A stretch of DNA of 64,000 nucleotides from Zygnema circumcarinatum SAG 698-1b (taxonomy: Eukaryota; Plantae; Zygnematophyceae). Shown here in pieces: positions 23,712-36,100 of the stretch; position 1 is the first letter of the stretch, and each line of letters opens with the position of its first letter. The notes under the pieces are model-generated. The model saw nothing but the letters and a program-made list of their open reading frames with translations, made no database searches and was not told the origin of the DNA. A program made the translations under genes and the position numbers. The stretch lies in NCBI GenBank assembly GCA_037447605.1, contig CM074808.1, forward strand, positions 1,550,001-1,614,000, written 5' to 3'.

Positions 23712-24457
23712 CGATCTACTGGCCGGAAACGAGGGATTCCTGGAAGACACCCACCACCCACAACTTACCCACCCGTGACCCAGGCGAGAACGCCCGAGGG
23801 GGCAAGCGGGGCGTCGCAGGTCCTCGGCTTTTGCACCAACCTCTGAGAAAGCGTTTGGTCTGAGGTCCCCGGCAAGATGGAAGAGATGATGACAAAGCTG
23901 ATGGCGTCATCCTTTGAAAAGAGTGAGGTGAGATACCGCGGGGTATCATCGTACAGAGGATTGCTTGGAAGCGAGGAAGATCACGAGAGCATTTGGCGAG
24001 ACATGCGGAGGGAAAGCGTATAGCGGTTTGAAGGATGACCCGGTGGATCAAAAGGCGCTTGGAAGCGGTAGCGGAAGGGCGGTCGGTGGAAGCGTCGGCG
24101 GCCTGGTGTCGTTGGCACCACGATTGGGGACACATTCAAGCGAGGCTTTTGGTTTCTTGGCCCGGATTTCGAGATCAATCAGCGTGCTAGACAAAATCGC
24201 TACATAGGTACTCTGATGATGGCGGTACATTTGAATTCAGCGGCGTTTTTACGCCGCGGCGTAAGCTGGCTTAGCGATCGAGGAAACACGACTTCGAGGG
24301 TTCTCCCGCTGGTTCGCAAGGCCATGTGAAAGATCTTCACCTTGATGTCGTGAGGTAGCGGCGACAACTCACCCGGCCGGTCGCGGGGCTTTGTTAAAAG
24401 GCGAGGAAATAGAATTGAGAAAGATCCCGAGGCAACCCGACATGTCGTCCACACTAC

Positions 24458-27093
24458 ATGAATGCTACTAATCCACGTCAGGATCGACTATATCAGCAAT
24501 TCTTGAAGACCCAGAATCAGCAGTTGTATGATCCTTACGCTGCAGCTTCCAGGAACAAGGCGTCTTTCCCCGGCATTCCTGCTCAGGACGTCCAGGCAGC
24601 CCTTGTGGTGCAGCCTCTGGCTATAGCCAGCACTACCAAGCCCCTTCCCCCTTCTCCATACCCTCACGATCTTGCGCATCCCATTGAACCTTTAGTGAAT
24701 CCTCACATTCCGGCGTGGCTCGTCGAGGTTAGCCGGGGTCCTTATCGTCGCACTCCCCAAAGGTTGCGAGGGGCGATTTCTTGGCGGATTGGATAGCGAA
24801 GCGAGGGGGTTCTAGAGAGTGCAATGCTTTACTGTAGCGCAGTCATATCCATTTGCTGGCGTGGGCCATGGACACGCACTACGCTGATTACGGACATGAT
24901 GCGTGTATGCATCGCGGAGACTCTCCGGTAAGCCGAAGGGAAGGATCTGCATTTGCCGAGGGAGCTCTCTACTTGAGATCACTTTCATGGACATGCTACC
25001 GGCTACTCACACACCATCGAGAACTCCTCCCCCCTTTCGCCCTCATCCACCTCCTTCATCTCTTATACCATCACACCCAGCGTCAGCCCGTCCATCTACA
25101 TCCCTGTGAGTCCCCTTCATGACAAACGCCCTTGCCCAAGAATTTGAGTCCCGTCAGCTGCCAGCGCCGCGCCGCTGTGCCGTTACGCTGACGTGCGGCC
25201 GGCTTGATGCGAATCCCCATCAATTGAGGAGGGTGCTCCAGCGTACTCGCCTGATTCGTGACTGGCCCTTCGACTCCACGCCAATGATCAGTGATCCTCA
25301 TTAGCATCCCACCGCCATTCCTCCTGCCAATGTCAGCGGCGCGGCTCCTCGGCACTACTCACGGTTACCCCACAGCCGAGGAGAACTTTGCGTCCTCCCT
25401 CCTTCCACAGGTCATCCATGGGTTCCATGCTTGAGAGGCCCGGCGATTTCAGCGGCGCGCCGGCAACCCGCGGCGGGAAACCCGGCGGCGCCCGGCGAAG
25501 GACATGCGTGAATCCTCCCGCATTTACTTCCGGGCGTAGTTTATCCCAGCGGCCAATAGCGCCCACCTCCCCGTGAATGGCTATCACGATTGAACGCATG
25601 GTTCGCCGGCTTATGAAGGACAAGGCTAAGATCGGAACTACCGATTACGGATTACGGATTACGGAATTACCATCACAATTGATGCAGCTGGTTCCAAGTG
25701 CTGCAGCAGTGTAGTTTGTAAGCTGGCCGACAGAGCAGAGGCCACTCTGCAGCCTCCCACGGTTCCCATGGCACCTCCTCCGGGCATTCCCACCGCTGGT
25801 GCCACCACATGGCCCGCGGCCTCTTCCAGGGCCAGATTAGCTCTCCCGCCCGGCCTCTCGCCCGGATTCATGTCCTCCCTCGATCCCCGCGCCCAGCGTC
25901 GCATCATTGTCAATGTATGGGTACGAATGGCCATCCTAGCAAAACCATGATAGACACTTGGGCTATGCGCCGCGATTACATCTAAACGGTGATGAAGGCT
26001 GCAGGGGTTAAGTTGGACAAGACGCTCAAACCCATCCCCCGATATGTGGGGGTTGAGGGTAGTCTGCATGAAGGTTTGGGCAATGCACAGGTGATCATCA
26101 GCCTTGGAGAGATGGGAGCCATAGTGAATGCGGTCATCACGGCCGCTGAGCATTATTCTATCCTGCTTGGCTCAGATTGGCTCATTGCAATGGGGGCACA
26201 AATTGACTTTTCTACGTGTCAGCTGCACTTATCTGCTGGAGGGACAGATTGCTCCTTCCCCATCATACTTGAGTCCCTTGCCACCTCCGCCTTCCCCAAA
26301 CGACACACCACGGCGCAGGTATCCTACCCAGAGACCAACATGTATCATGCTGCCGGCAGTCCCCATTCTTCCTATGGTTCTGCCAATTCTGATACTGAGG
26401 AAGAGACTCCCACTCCTGCTCCTCCGGGTCCAGCCCTCTGTGCGCAGACAGAAGACCTTTTGCCGCCGGTGATAGCTGCACCCAGCTTCCCCACCCACGA
26501 GACCATCAGTGATGAAGAGTGGCTGGAGATAGAGGGTCAGATGCGATTGGGGCCAGCAGTACTCTCTGACCCAATCAAGCATTCTCAATTGCGACAAATT
26601 CTGCGTCGCAATCACCTAGTTTTTGCACGCCATTCATTGGACATCGGAAAGAGCACGGGGGATTCCCCTCCAGTGATGACCATGACCCCTTATTGCTTTT
26701 CCGCTGCTCAGCAAGCCGATGTCGAAAGACAGATTGATGAGAATGTTGCTGCCGGATTGATGGAACCCGGAGAAGGTCCTTGGGCCAATCCGGCTGTTTT
26801 GCCACCAAAGCCAGATGGCACCCTTCGCTTCTGTGGAGACTATCGGAAATTGAACGCAGTGACGAAGTGGGATCCATATACGTTGCCGGATGTGGACCTT
26901 ATCCTCCATGGCGTTTCTCCTAATGACCAGTGGTTCTCTGCACTGGATATGCAGAAGTCCTTCTGGCAAATCCCTCTACGGCAGGCTGATCGCTGCAAAA
27001 CAGGTCTTCGCACGGCCACACGATTCGTGCAGTGGACAGTGCTTCCCTTTGGGCTCAAGAATTCCAGCCAAACTCACCAGCGCCTGGCCAACC
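24458..27093 (+). pseudogene. gag-pol of gypsy A (frameshifted gag, mutated protease site, RT N-half ending at a gap)
   Basis: Protease motif reads IDTW instead of DTG near 25950, followed by a stop. ORF 25989+ contains SILLGSDWL and RT motifs WANPAVLPPKPDGTLRFCGDYRKLN, FSALDMQKSFWQIPL, LPFGLKN. Confidence 0.85.
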
Positions 27094-27103
27094 NNNNNNN
27101 NNN

Positions 27104-28597
27104 TCTGAATTCTAGCCTGCTTATTCTGCCCCCCCCTTTTTTCAGTTTCTCCCTGATTGTCCTCTCACTTCAAGCCTTCCATCCTTGCAGCATCGCAGCA
27201 ATTCTGAATCTCCGCATTCCTTAGTCTAGCCTCCTCTCCCCACCTCAGTTGCTCTCCTCTTCTCCTCCCACTACTGTCCTCTCCCTCTTGCTCCATCCAC
27301 TTCCCTTGCCCCAATTCCTCCGCTTCCCCTTTCTGTTCATCTACCTGACATTCTGCTCTGCAGCCCCAGTTCCTTTCACCTCCTTCCGTTGTGGACACTC
27401 CAGACTCTCTCCTCCTTCCAGGGCCCCATGCAGCGCTTTCGCAGTGCGGTCATGCCACTCCTCCCCATTTACGAATGTATGTGGGAGCTTCTCCCCACGG
27501 CCACCGTCTCGCCCATCGCTGCCTCCGTCCACATCATCATTGTCTACGCCACTTCCTCCTTCCCTCTAGGATTCTCTCTCCTCCTCCCTTCCCCTACCTC
27601 TACATTGCATCCAGCTATCCCACATCCCTCCATTGGACCTCCACTTCCCTTCTTCTCTTCTTCATTGCGCCCGCCGGGGCGTGCGCTTGTTTTCCCCCAC
27701 CCGCATGTGCTACAGATGTAGCGTAGTGGAGCTGCGCTCGACGGATCCGCGTCAGTTCAGTTGTACTTGCTACATGCCTCTTCAGTGTCACGGATCGGCA
27801 GAATCCAGGAGCTACCAACGGAGGATGCGAGAAGGCAGTACCATGTGTTGGCGGCCCACGGAACAGCACATCATCCAGCAAGGCGCACTCGGAGCGCCGC
27901 AATCTGCCNNNNNNNNNNTCTGAATTCTAGCCTGCTTATTCTGCCCCCCCCTTTTTTCAGTTTCTCCCTGATTGTCCTCTCACTTCAAGCCTTCCATCCT
28001 TGCAGCATCGCAGCAATTCTGAATCTCCGCATTCCTTAGTCTAGCCTCCTCTCCCCACCTCAGTTGCTCTCCTCTTCTCCTCCCACTACTGTCCTCTCCC
28101 TCTTGCTCCATCCACTTCCCTTGCCCCAATTCCTCCGCTTCCCCTTTCTGTTCATCTACCTGACATTCTGCTCTGCAGCCCCAGTTCCTTTCACCTCCTT
28201 CCGTTGTGGACACTCCAGACTCTCTCCTCCTTCCAGGGCCCCATGCAGCGCTTTCGCAGTGCGGTCATGCCACTCCTCCCCATTTACGAATGTATGTGGG
28301 AGCTTCTCCCCACGGCCACCGTCTCGCCCATCGCTGCCTCCGTCCACATCATCATTGTCTACGCCACTTCCTCCTTCCCTCTAGGATTCTCTCTCCTCCT
28401 CCCTTCCCCTACCTCTACATTGCATCCAGCTATCCCACATCCCTCCATTGGACCTCCACTTCCCTTCTTCTCTTCTTCATTGCGCCCGCCGGGGCGTGCG
28501 CTTGTTTTCCCCCACCCGCATGTGCTACAGATGTAGCGTAGTGGAGCTGCGCTCGACGGATCCGCGTCAGTTCAGTTGTACTTGCTACATGCCTCTT
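27104..28597. other. ~679-bp apparently identical direct duplication, each copy starting right after an N gap (likely assembly redundancy)
   Basis: 27104-27782 matches 27919-28597 by eye. Both begin TCTGAATTCTAGCC immediately after a 10-N gap. Confidence 0.7.
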
Positions 28598-29557
28598 GAT
28601 CGCGGATGGCGAGAATCGGGAGCTAGCGAGGAGGATAGGAAAGCGTTACCATGTGTTGGCGTACGGAGCGACACATCATCAGCAAGAAGCGCCTTTCAGA
28701 CGCATAATGCACCCACATGGAAATAGTTATTGGTTTGACTATCATAAGGCTCCACACTTAGTGCGGCCAGGCCACTGGTATTCGGTTGGCTATCGAGAGC
28801 ATCGCTACTTAAGACTCAGGATTCTTGTCGAGAGATAGATAGATGGGATGTCAGTGATGCTAGTTTGTCTTTTAGTGCTGGGCTTAGTATTTGTATTTGC
28901 TGTGTGGTTTGTTATCCTGTTCTTCTTTTCTTCCTCTCAAGCTCCAGCAACAGATGCTAGTTAGAGAGAGAAAGAGTTCCACTGCAAAGAGAGAGAGAGA
29001 GAGTCTTCTTGTTGATAGCATTTAGACATCCCATTCAACCCAGCCAGACAAGCATTTCAGTGAGAAGACACTTATATTGTAATGAGAATCCCTAGCCAAT
29101 CGCTGGCTGGGGTGAGTTTCGAAGACACACCCTTTTTCTAAGCTGATTCCTATCTTCCCTTTGCTGCCTCTATGCCAAGCTCTAAACTTGCTGTAGCCTG
29201 CCTTCCATTCCTCCCAATGACCAATGATAACTAGGAGCCTAAAGAAAGAGAATAGCCAAGGAGAGAATGAAGAAGAGAACCCCTGTGGGAGGGCTCTTTA
29301 TGATCAAGTCCTGGCCACGGCTGAACATCTTCGTGGATCCCTACGCCTTCCACTCACGCACTTAACTCGGTTCGCTCTATGCCGCAGTGTACACCCACAA
29401 ACCCCCAATCCAACCCTTCATTAGTTTCAGGACAGATGCACTAGTTGCCGTACAACACCTTCAGCTAGACCAGCAGTCTCCTCTTAACCCCACTTATCTT
29501 GTGCTACAGCGTTGCGAAATGCGTTCGTCTGGTTTTTTGTCTGCTCGTGCTCGGGCC

Positions 29558-32077
29558 TAGGGATGGCCCGCGTTATAAATTCCGAATATATTATATAATT
29601 TACAACGGGTTTAAAATTAATAATATATTACAAACTAAGCACTTTATTACATATATATTATACCACTGTTTTGAATAATAACGACCGCATTTGTGCACGG
29701 GTTCGGCACAGCCGCACTACAACAAAATTAGGTCGTTTTGGCGTGGCGCCGGGCGTAAATGCGCTCGGCTCGTTTTCTCTGCTCGCCGTCAGAAAGTACA
29801 AATGGGAGACTTCCATGGACGGAGGTGAGGGGAGGGAGTAAGACAAATTCGAAATCGAAAGTTACGGCCGACAGGCGCAATGTTGGCGAAGCGGCAAAAA
29901 GTGGCGGGAATTAGAAATGGACCAATGAGGAGTCGTCATGGCAGAGGGGGTACGAGGAGACCGCGGCTGTCGCAAGGCGTGAAACGCTCACCTATCAGCG
30001 GAGGGAAACTCACGACGCGGGCGGCATCTAATGTCGCATCCAGTGTGAACGCCAGGCCATGTGCCCACTAGAGTCGAGCTCAAATGATGGCCTAACCTCG
30101 GGATCTCCCAACGGACCGGCCACAAATGAAGCCCAACTACCTTAAAAGCCCGTGGAGTCGTTTGGCGAGATTCCTCAGCCAGCGGAGCCATGTGGCGCTT
30201 ACCGACAGCGGAGAAAGCAAATACGGCCGGGCGCCCTGCAAAGTCGGTGAGTTGTCGCTTCAGGCTGCTCTCGAGGCGGGCGGAGGCCGGAATCTGTGTG
30301 GCTTCAAAGCTGGAGGGGCCGTGAGTCGGCGTCATGACCATCCGGGAAAGGCCATCGAGAAGAGGCTCAGCAGGAGGCCGGGTGGAACGCGGGCTTACTA
30401 CCATGGGAGAGGAGCTCGTGAGGGGAGAGAAGCCCGTGGAGGAGTGGACTCGAGGTAAGTATAATGGAAGACTGTGGAGGGATGACTCATAAATCACTTC
30501 TCCACCATGGGCCACGGACGCGACGCATCCTTGAATCGTCCTAACGGCACGCTCAAGCCCATTCCGCCGTGGGGAGTAATGGAGTGTGTGGTGAATGATG
30601 CGGAAGTCCCCGTGATGAGCTTGGCAATGCCCCCCTGTATTCGGGTGCCGCGGTTTCGAAAGTGGATGTGAGTAGGTAGAGAGTGGCGGTGAATGATGGC
30701 CGCCGAGGCAGCAGTAGTGGATGGAATGCTTAGATTCTCGGTTTATGAACTTCTACCCACTTGGTGTATCTGCCCACGGCTAGAAGACCCACAAACAGAG
30801 GGGTGCTTTAGCCGGGGATAGAAAAAAGGCTGATATAGCTTCGCGACGCCACAGTATTGGGATCTCACCCACCCCCAAGGCGCAGTTTGGGAGCAGAGTT
30901 GGCCGCTGTTGGCGCCAGTGTGTTTCGAGTGTAGCGTTCATCAAGGCCATGGAGGCTGGGCTAATAGAGCTGCTCGGGCAAAGAAAGCTACCATCTTCTT
31001 CTCGCCGCAGGTGGAAGCCCGCAGTTGGCATCGTAGCGACGCCCGTGATTTTACCCAAGTAGGGAATGTGACTGAAGGCTTAAGGAATGTAGAGAATCGG
31101 CCCTCACATCATCTAATGAGAAGTTCAGCGCCAGCGGAGCAAAATGGTGCCCTCTTTATCCGCGACAAAGGGGGCAAAGGCAGTCATAACGTAGCCGCTG
31201 TATGGGAGTGAGTCTCAATGGACGCCATTACGCTCGGGAAATGGGAGAAGTAAGGAGCTGCCGCCATCATTATCCATGAGGATTTCCTACCTTAACTTAC
31301 GGGGTACCGGGCAGAAGTCAAATTTCCCACACGGAGGGTGGTGCGGCTCATTTCCATCACGACCAAGGAATAGACATCATGCGTGGCTTGAGCGCAATAA
31401 AAATCTCAATGGGAAGATGCTCAGGGTTCAAGAGGGTGGGTGGAGGGATGGGTTCAGGAACGGCCGGATCGTGACAGAGGAGGGGAGCCGAAGGATTGCG
31501 ACTGAGGCCGTCAGCATTGCCGTGACTACGGCCGGGACGGTGGGTGACCTTAAGCACATTATACTCCTCCAACTTCATCACCCATCGTGCAAACTTAGGT
31601 CGTAGGGTAGCCATGATGTGCAGCCAAGTGAGGGGCATGTGGTCAGTCCGGATGATAACGGGCTGGTAGGCCGTGAAGAGCTTGAACTTNNNNNNNNNNA
31701 TAGGTCAACGAATGATAATCGGCGGCCTCAGGCGGTGTTCCCGAGTGCGCCTTGCTGGATGGTGTGCTGTTCCGTGGGCCGCCAACGCATGGCGCCGCCT
31801 TCTCTCAATCTCCGTTGGCAGCTCCTGGATTCCGTTGATACGTGACACGGAAGAGGCATACGTCAAGTACAATTGAACTGACGCAAATCCGTCGAACGCA
31901 GCTCCGTTACGCTACATCGTGCTCGGGCCGCATAAAACCGTACAGTCGTACGACCGTACGACCGTACATGTTGTAAAGGCGTTGTAAATTAATATATATC
32001 ACTATATCAGCCGTTATCTATTCGTCACAGTTGTATAATATAATATATAATATATAATCGTAACTAATCCATCCCTA
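29558..32077. mobile_element. Inner copy of the same hAT family inserted into the right subterminal region of the outer copy
   Basis: TAGGGATGG at 29558 and CCATCCCTA ending 32077. Perfect 8-bp TSD CTCGGGCC at 29550-29557 and 32078-32085. Left (29558-29740) and right (31920-32077) arms are homologous to 17802-17975 and 32078-32225. Confidence 0.92.
29990..31916 (-). mobile_element. Ty3/gypsy remnant C (same LTR family as A, opposite orientation) inside the inner hAT
   Basis: 31700-31916 is a diverged reverse complement of the gypsy A LTR start. RNase H end ARWVMKLEEYNVLKVTHRPGRSHGNADGLSR (31.5-31.6 kb). Decayed integrase fragments (IIHRHSLPTHI..., HSSTGFSP) at 30.4-30.7 kb. Confidence 0.75.
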
Positions 32078-33127
32078 CTCGGGCCGCATAATACCGTACA
32101 GTCGTACGACCGTATGACCGTACATGTTGTAAAGGCGTTGTAAATTAATATATATCAGCCGTTATCTAGTCGTCACAGTTGTATAATATAATATATATTA
32201 TATAGTCGTAACTAATCCATCCCTAGTCAGCGCCCTTCCCCCCTCCCTTCCTCCCTCCGCACGGGCGGTCAACGGCCCGCGGGAGGATCCGGGCGGATTG
32301 CAGCGCTTGCATTGAACCGGTCCGCGGCGCCACGTGGCGCGGCCGCAGCCCGCGGCTGGGCCCGGCTGGGCCCGCCGCCGCGCCGGCACGTGAGCGAGGT
32401 CAAAGTCAACGGAGCAGGGCCCACGGGCCCATACGGATATTTGCACCGACGGGCGCGGCCCGGCACGACCCGTCACGACTCACGACACGTGGGAGCATGG
32501 AACACCTGCTGTTGTTCGGCCCACTTGCAACGCTACAGTCGAGCCGCATAGAACTGCACGGCGCGGCGTCCGGACATGCATGCATGCACTCGGACCACGA
32601 AAAAACGGAGCCAGCATGGCATGGCATGGCATGGCATGGCATGGCAGGCATGCCGTGGCTCTCCCAGAAAAACGAGCAGCGGCGGCGTTCAGAGGCAGGA
32701 TATATATTTACGAAACGTTACCACGGATTAAACACAAAGTGGCGGTACCTAAGGGAAAAAAAAATTTGACGTCTCTCACTACTCGGGAACCCGCTGATCA
32801 GCCGGAAAGCTACAGCTCTAACCTTAACTGAGCCTTGGAGGGGGCTGCCCATCCAGCGCCGCAGTTATCCTAAATAAAAATTGAAATCCCTCATTCAATA
32901 CGATGCCTCCTTGCTTACCTCAACAGGGAAGCCCTACACATGCCGCGGCCTCCTATAAGTACAACTGCCAAACATTTCAACAAAAAGTTCCCAAAATTGT
33001 TGTTCCCCTCTGAACACTTCTCAACACCATGCGCGGTGAAGGTGCAATTTTCTATACGCCAAAATCAACTGACTCAATTTATTAGACAACTTGCAATTCT
33101 AAGCCGTGTGCACCTGCCGGCTCTACC

Positions 33128-36100
33128 CTACTCCTTGGGCTCCAACGTCACAGGAATCTTCAGTTGCTGCTCTCCACGCAGCACCTCCACATCCACCTGC
33201 AACTCCCACCTCCTCCACATGAAAAACATGTACCTTGGGAGACATGGACCATGTTGCTACACTTCCACAATAACAAGTAATTCAGGATGCTGCAACGTTG
33301 AGCTGAGTGCCTGCCAGGACTGTCTGTAGTGCTTTCGCACTTACCGTATCGCCTACTTTGAAGCGGTCCATGATCTTATACAGATCGCTTCCGTTCTTAA
33401 TCTTTTGCCCATTGATGCCTGTGATAATGTCGCCCAGAACTAAGCGGCCATATCCATCCCTCGATGTTGGTCTCAAACCCTGCTCATGGAACCACACCAA
33501 TCAGAGATGCACACGTCCACTAGCACCCGCTTTCATGAAATGTGATGAAGCAATCCCACTTCCACTCCCACTCCCACACAGAAAAACCTAACCAGCACTC
33601 TAAAAGTGAGCCTACTCTCTTCTTGAAGCAGAAGGTGACAGGCAACCCGCAGGCCTGCATACGTCTGAACTAGAAGGAGACCAAAAAGTCCTGCCCTCCC
33701 TCCCTCCCTCCCTCCCTCCCTCCTCCCTCCCTCCCTCCCTCCCTCCCTCCCTCCTCCCCTCCCTCCCTCCCTCCCTCCCTCCCTCCCTAAGCTCAGCCAT
33801 ATGGGGAGGGGATACTCACAGCCTTGCCCGCCGGCCCACTCGGCGGCGCGTCAAGGACGAGCACCCCGCTCACTCCGAGCTGCTCCACACTCTGTTCCGG
33901 AGCGAAGGATATTCCCAACACCGGCCGAGTCACTTTGCCATATCGCACAATCTGCTCCACTATGCCGCTCACCTGCAGGAAGGGGCCACGGCTATCTCTG
34001 TATTAACAACCTCTGTGAAGACACCTCTTGCAGGATGTAAGGAACGGCTACCACAGCAGGTAGACCATCCTTTCCTGCAGGGAAAAATCAGAAATTGCAG
34101 ACGACCGGACCTGCGAAGCAATTGCTATCTGCCTCCACGCTGAACAATGCTTTGAAGCATGTGTGAGGAGCAATGACAGCAATGCCAGTGGAGTTTTGAG
34201 AAGGCCCAAAAGGCAATATCATTTCACAAAAATACCTCGGGACTTCTTCGACTGTGCAGGTACTGACACCATTAGAGGAGCCTTCTTTGAGAAAGAGTGT
34301 GCCTAAAGTGTTCTGTTAAATATTTATGACATAAGTGTAGGACAGAGGCATAATGCATAGAATAGAGGTGGAAGTGGTTTCGCACATATACCAATATCCA
34401 TAAAAACTAAAATCCCAGTCATGCAGGAAATTCTTAGCGCCTGTTGACATCCCAGACGGAAACTTTCACGCAATGCCTCACAATACGACAGCAATGTTGC
34501 AGCATTCTCGAATATACAAAGAGGTAATACCGACGTATTAAACACATAGTGTATCATCTTATACAGCCGGAATGCATATCAGGAAAGGACATTCCTAGAC
34601 TTGGTCGAATATGTAGTACAATCAAATGTTGAACAGATTGTGCTAAGTAACTCTGCAACATAGAAGCAGTTGCAGGTCAAGGAAACTGGGAAGGTATGAG
34701 GAGGAAGGACGACATACTGTGTCAACTGGGATGGAAAATCCAACCCCAGACGATGCACCCGAAGGAGAGTAAATGGCAGTATTGATTCCGATCAAGTTTC
34801 CGCTGCTGTCTAACAGCGGCCCTCCGCTGTTCCCAGGATTGATCGCTGCGTCGGTTTGAATGACATCCTGAATAGGGCGGCCCGTTGCTGCTGAGCTGAT
34901 CTCCCTCCGGAGACCACTGCATCAGCAAAACAATGATACAGGGGGGAATGATATCAGGGGAAAGGACGATGTCAACAGGGGGGCATGATGTCAATGGGGA
35001 AAGGAAGGAGGTCTGTGTACTGCAGGTAGCGTAAAAGCAACGAAGCTGGAGAAGCAGAGACTCGGGAAAGGCACAAACCTGATAACCCCTGTGGTTAATG
35101 TATGGTCAAGACCGAACTGCAGCCAATTCCCCAACCTCACCCCAATCAGGTTCATGAGAGAGACGAACGAGAGATAGAATAAGCAGTCACATTCGGCCAG
35201 ACGCTGTAGTGAAATGTAAAAAGTATGTGAAAAAAACATAGGGAGCATGCTTTCGAGCATGTCCACTTTTTCCAAACTAGTCTCGAAAGTGGCGCTGCTG
35301 TTCATGCCAGTCAGATCACCCCTTTTTCTACTCTAAGCAGAGAACAAAAATGCAGAAGGGAGGCAGTGAGGAGAAACAAGTAGAGAACATCCGAACAGCT
35401 ACAGAACTACAGATGGAAATAAAGGGAGAGTGACTTGTACGAGTGAGAATCTTCAAAAATCCACTAATGCGGACTACACTCTCAAATTTAAGAGCTTCAA
35501 TGTTATGTACAAGCCTTACTATTGGCATACAAGATGAATTTTCCCTGAGATAACATGATTCAATAGCTATGACGGGATGTCTCAATTTAATCTATAGCTG
35601 CACTAATCTATTTCCGTTAACAGGCAATACGGCTGTAATAGCCATCTCGAGTGTTAGACTGTCCGAGTCTTTTTGCCTTCACTTTGAAAACAAGGCATAG
35701 CCTTGCTTCTCTCACCTGCGACTGCCGCAAAGATTAAAAAGACCCACAACTCTAATTGAAGAAACTTTCAAGCTATCCAGGTTCAATTTGTTTCCCCAAA
35801 TAACGACTGCAGTCTTAGATGACAAACTGAGAGAGCATGCAGCCTTTGTTTGCAACACTCACAGGATTGCCAATGGCGAAAACTTTCTGGCCCACAAGCA
35901 GGTCCGAGGAGCTTCCGACGGGCAGGGGTCGAAGTTTTTCTGAGGGAGCATCGATGTGCAGCACCGCCACGTCCTTGTCCTCATCAAAGCCCACAACATC
36001 CGCCTCATACACGGACTGGTCCCCCAAAGTCACCCTGTTGAAAAAGTGCGCTCAGGAACACAACTTCACCCCCAATAACCCGCACGACACAATCCCAGAA

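Larger units (their letters stand above)
17982..29508 (+). mobile_element. Ty3/gypsy LTR retrotransposon A (degenerate, gapped) nested in the outer hAT
   Basis: LTRs TGTAGC... at 17982-~18837 and 28532-29508 (...GCTACA). PBS-like TGGTACTCGAGC at 18838. Gag-like ORF from 24458, protease/RT ORF 25989-27093. TSD is only imperfect (GCAT/GCGT) and three N gaps lie inside. Confidence 0.75.
17802..32225. mobile_element. Outer non-autonomous hAT-type element (MITE-sized host inflated by nested insertions)
   Basis: Ends TAGGGATGG (17802) ... CCATCCCTA (32225), an Ac-like terminus. Perfect 8-bp TSD GTCAGCGC at 17794-17801 and 32226-32233. Confidence 0.9.

Noticed and set aside
27104-28597. Biological tandem duplication with duplicated 106-111-aa ORFs
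   Set aside because: Both copies start at the same base immediately after N gaps and look identical, so this is most likely contig-end redundancy.
17982-29508. DIRS/Ngaro-type split-direct-repeat element
   Set aside because: The element has TG...CA LTRs, a PBS-like site and an aspartic protease before RT, and no tyrosine recombinase was seen. This fits Ty3/gypsy.
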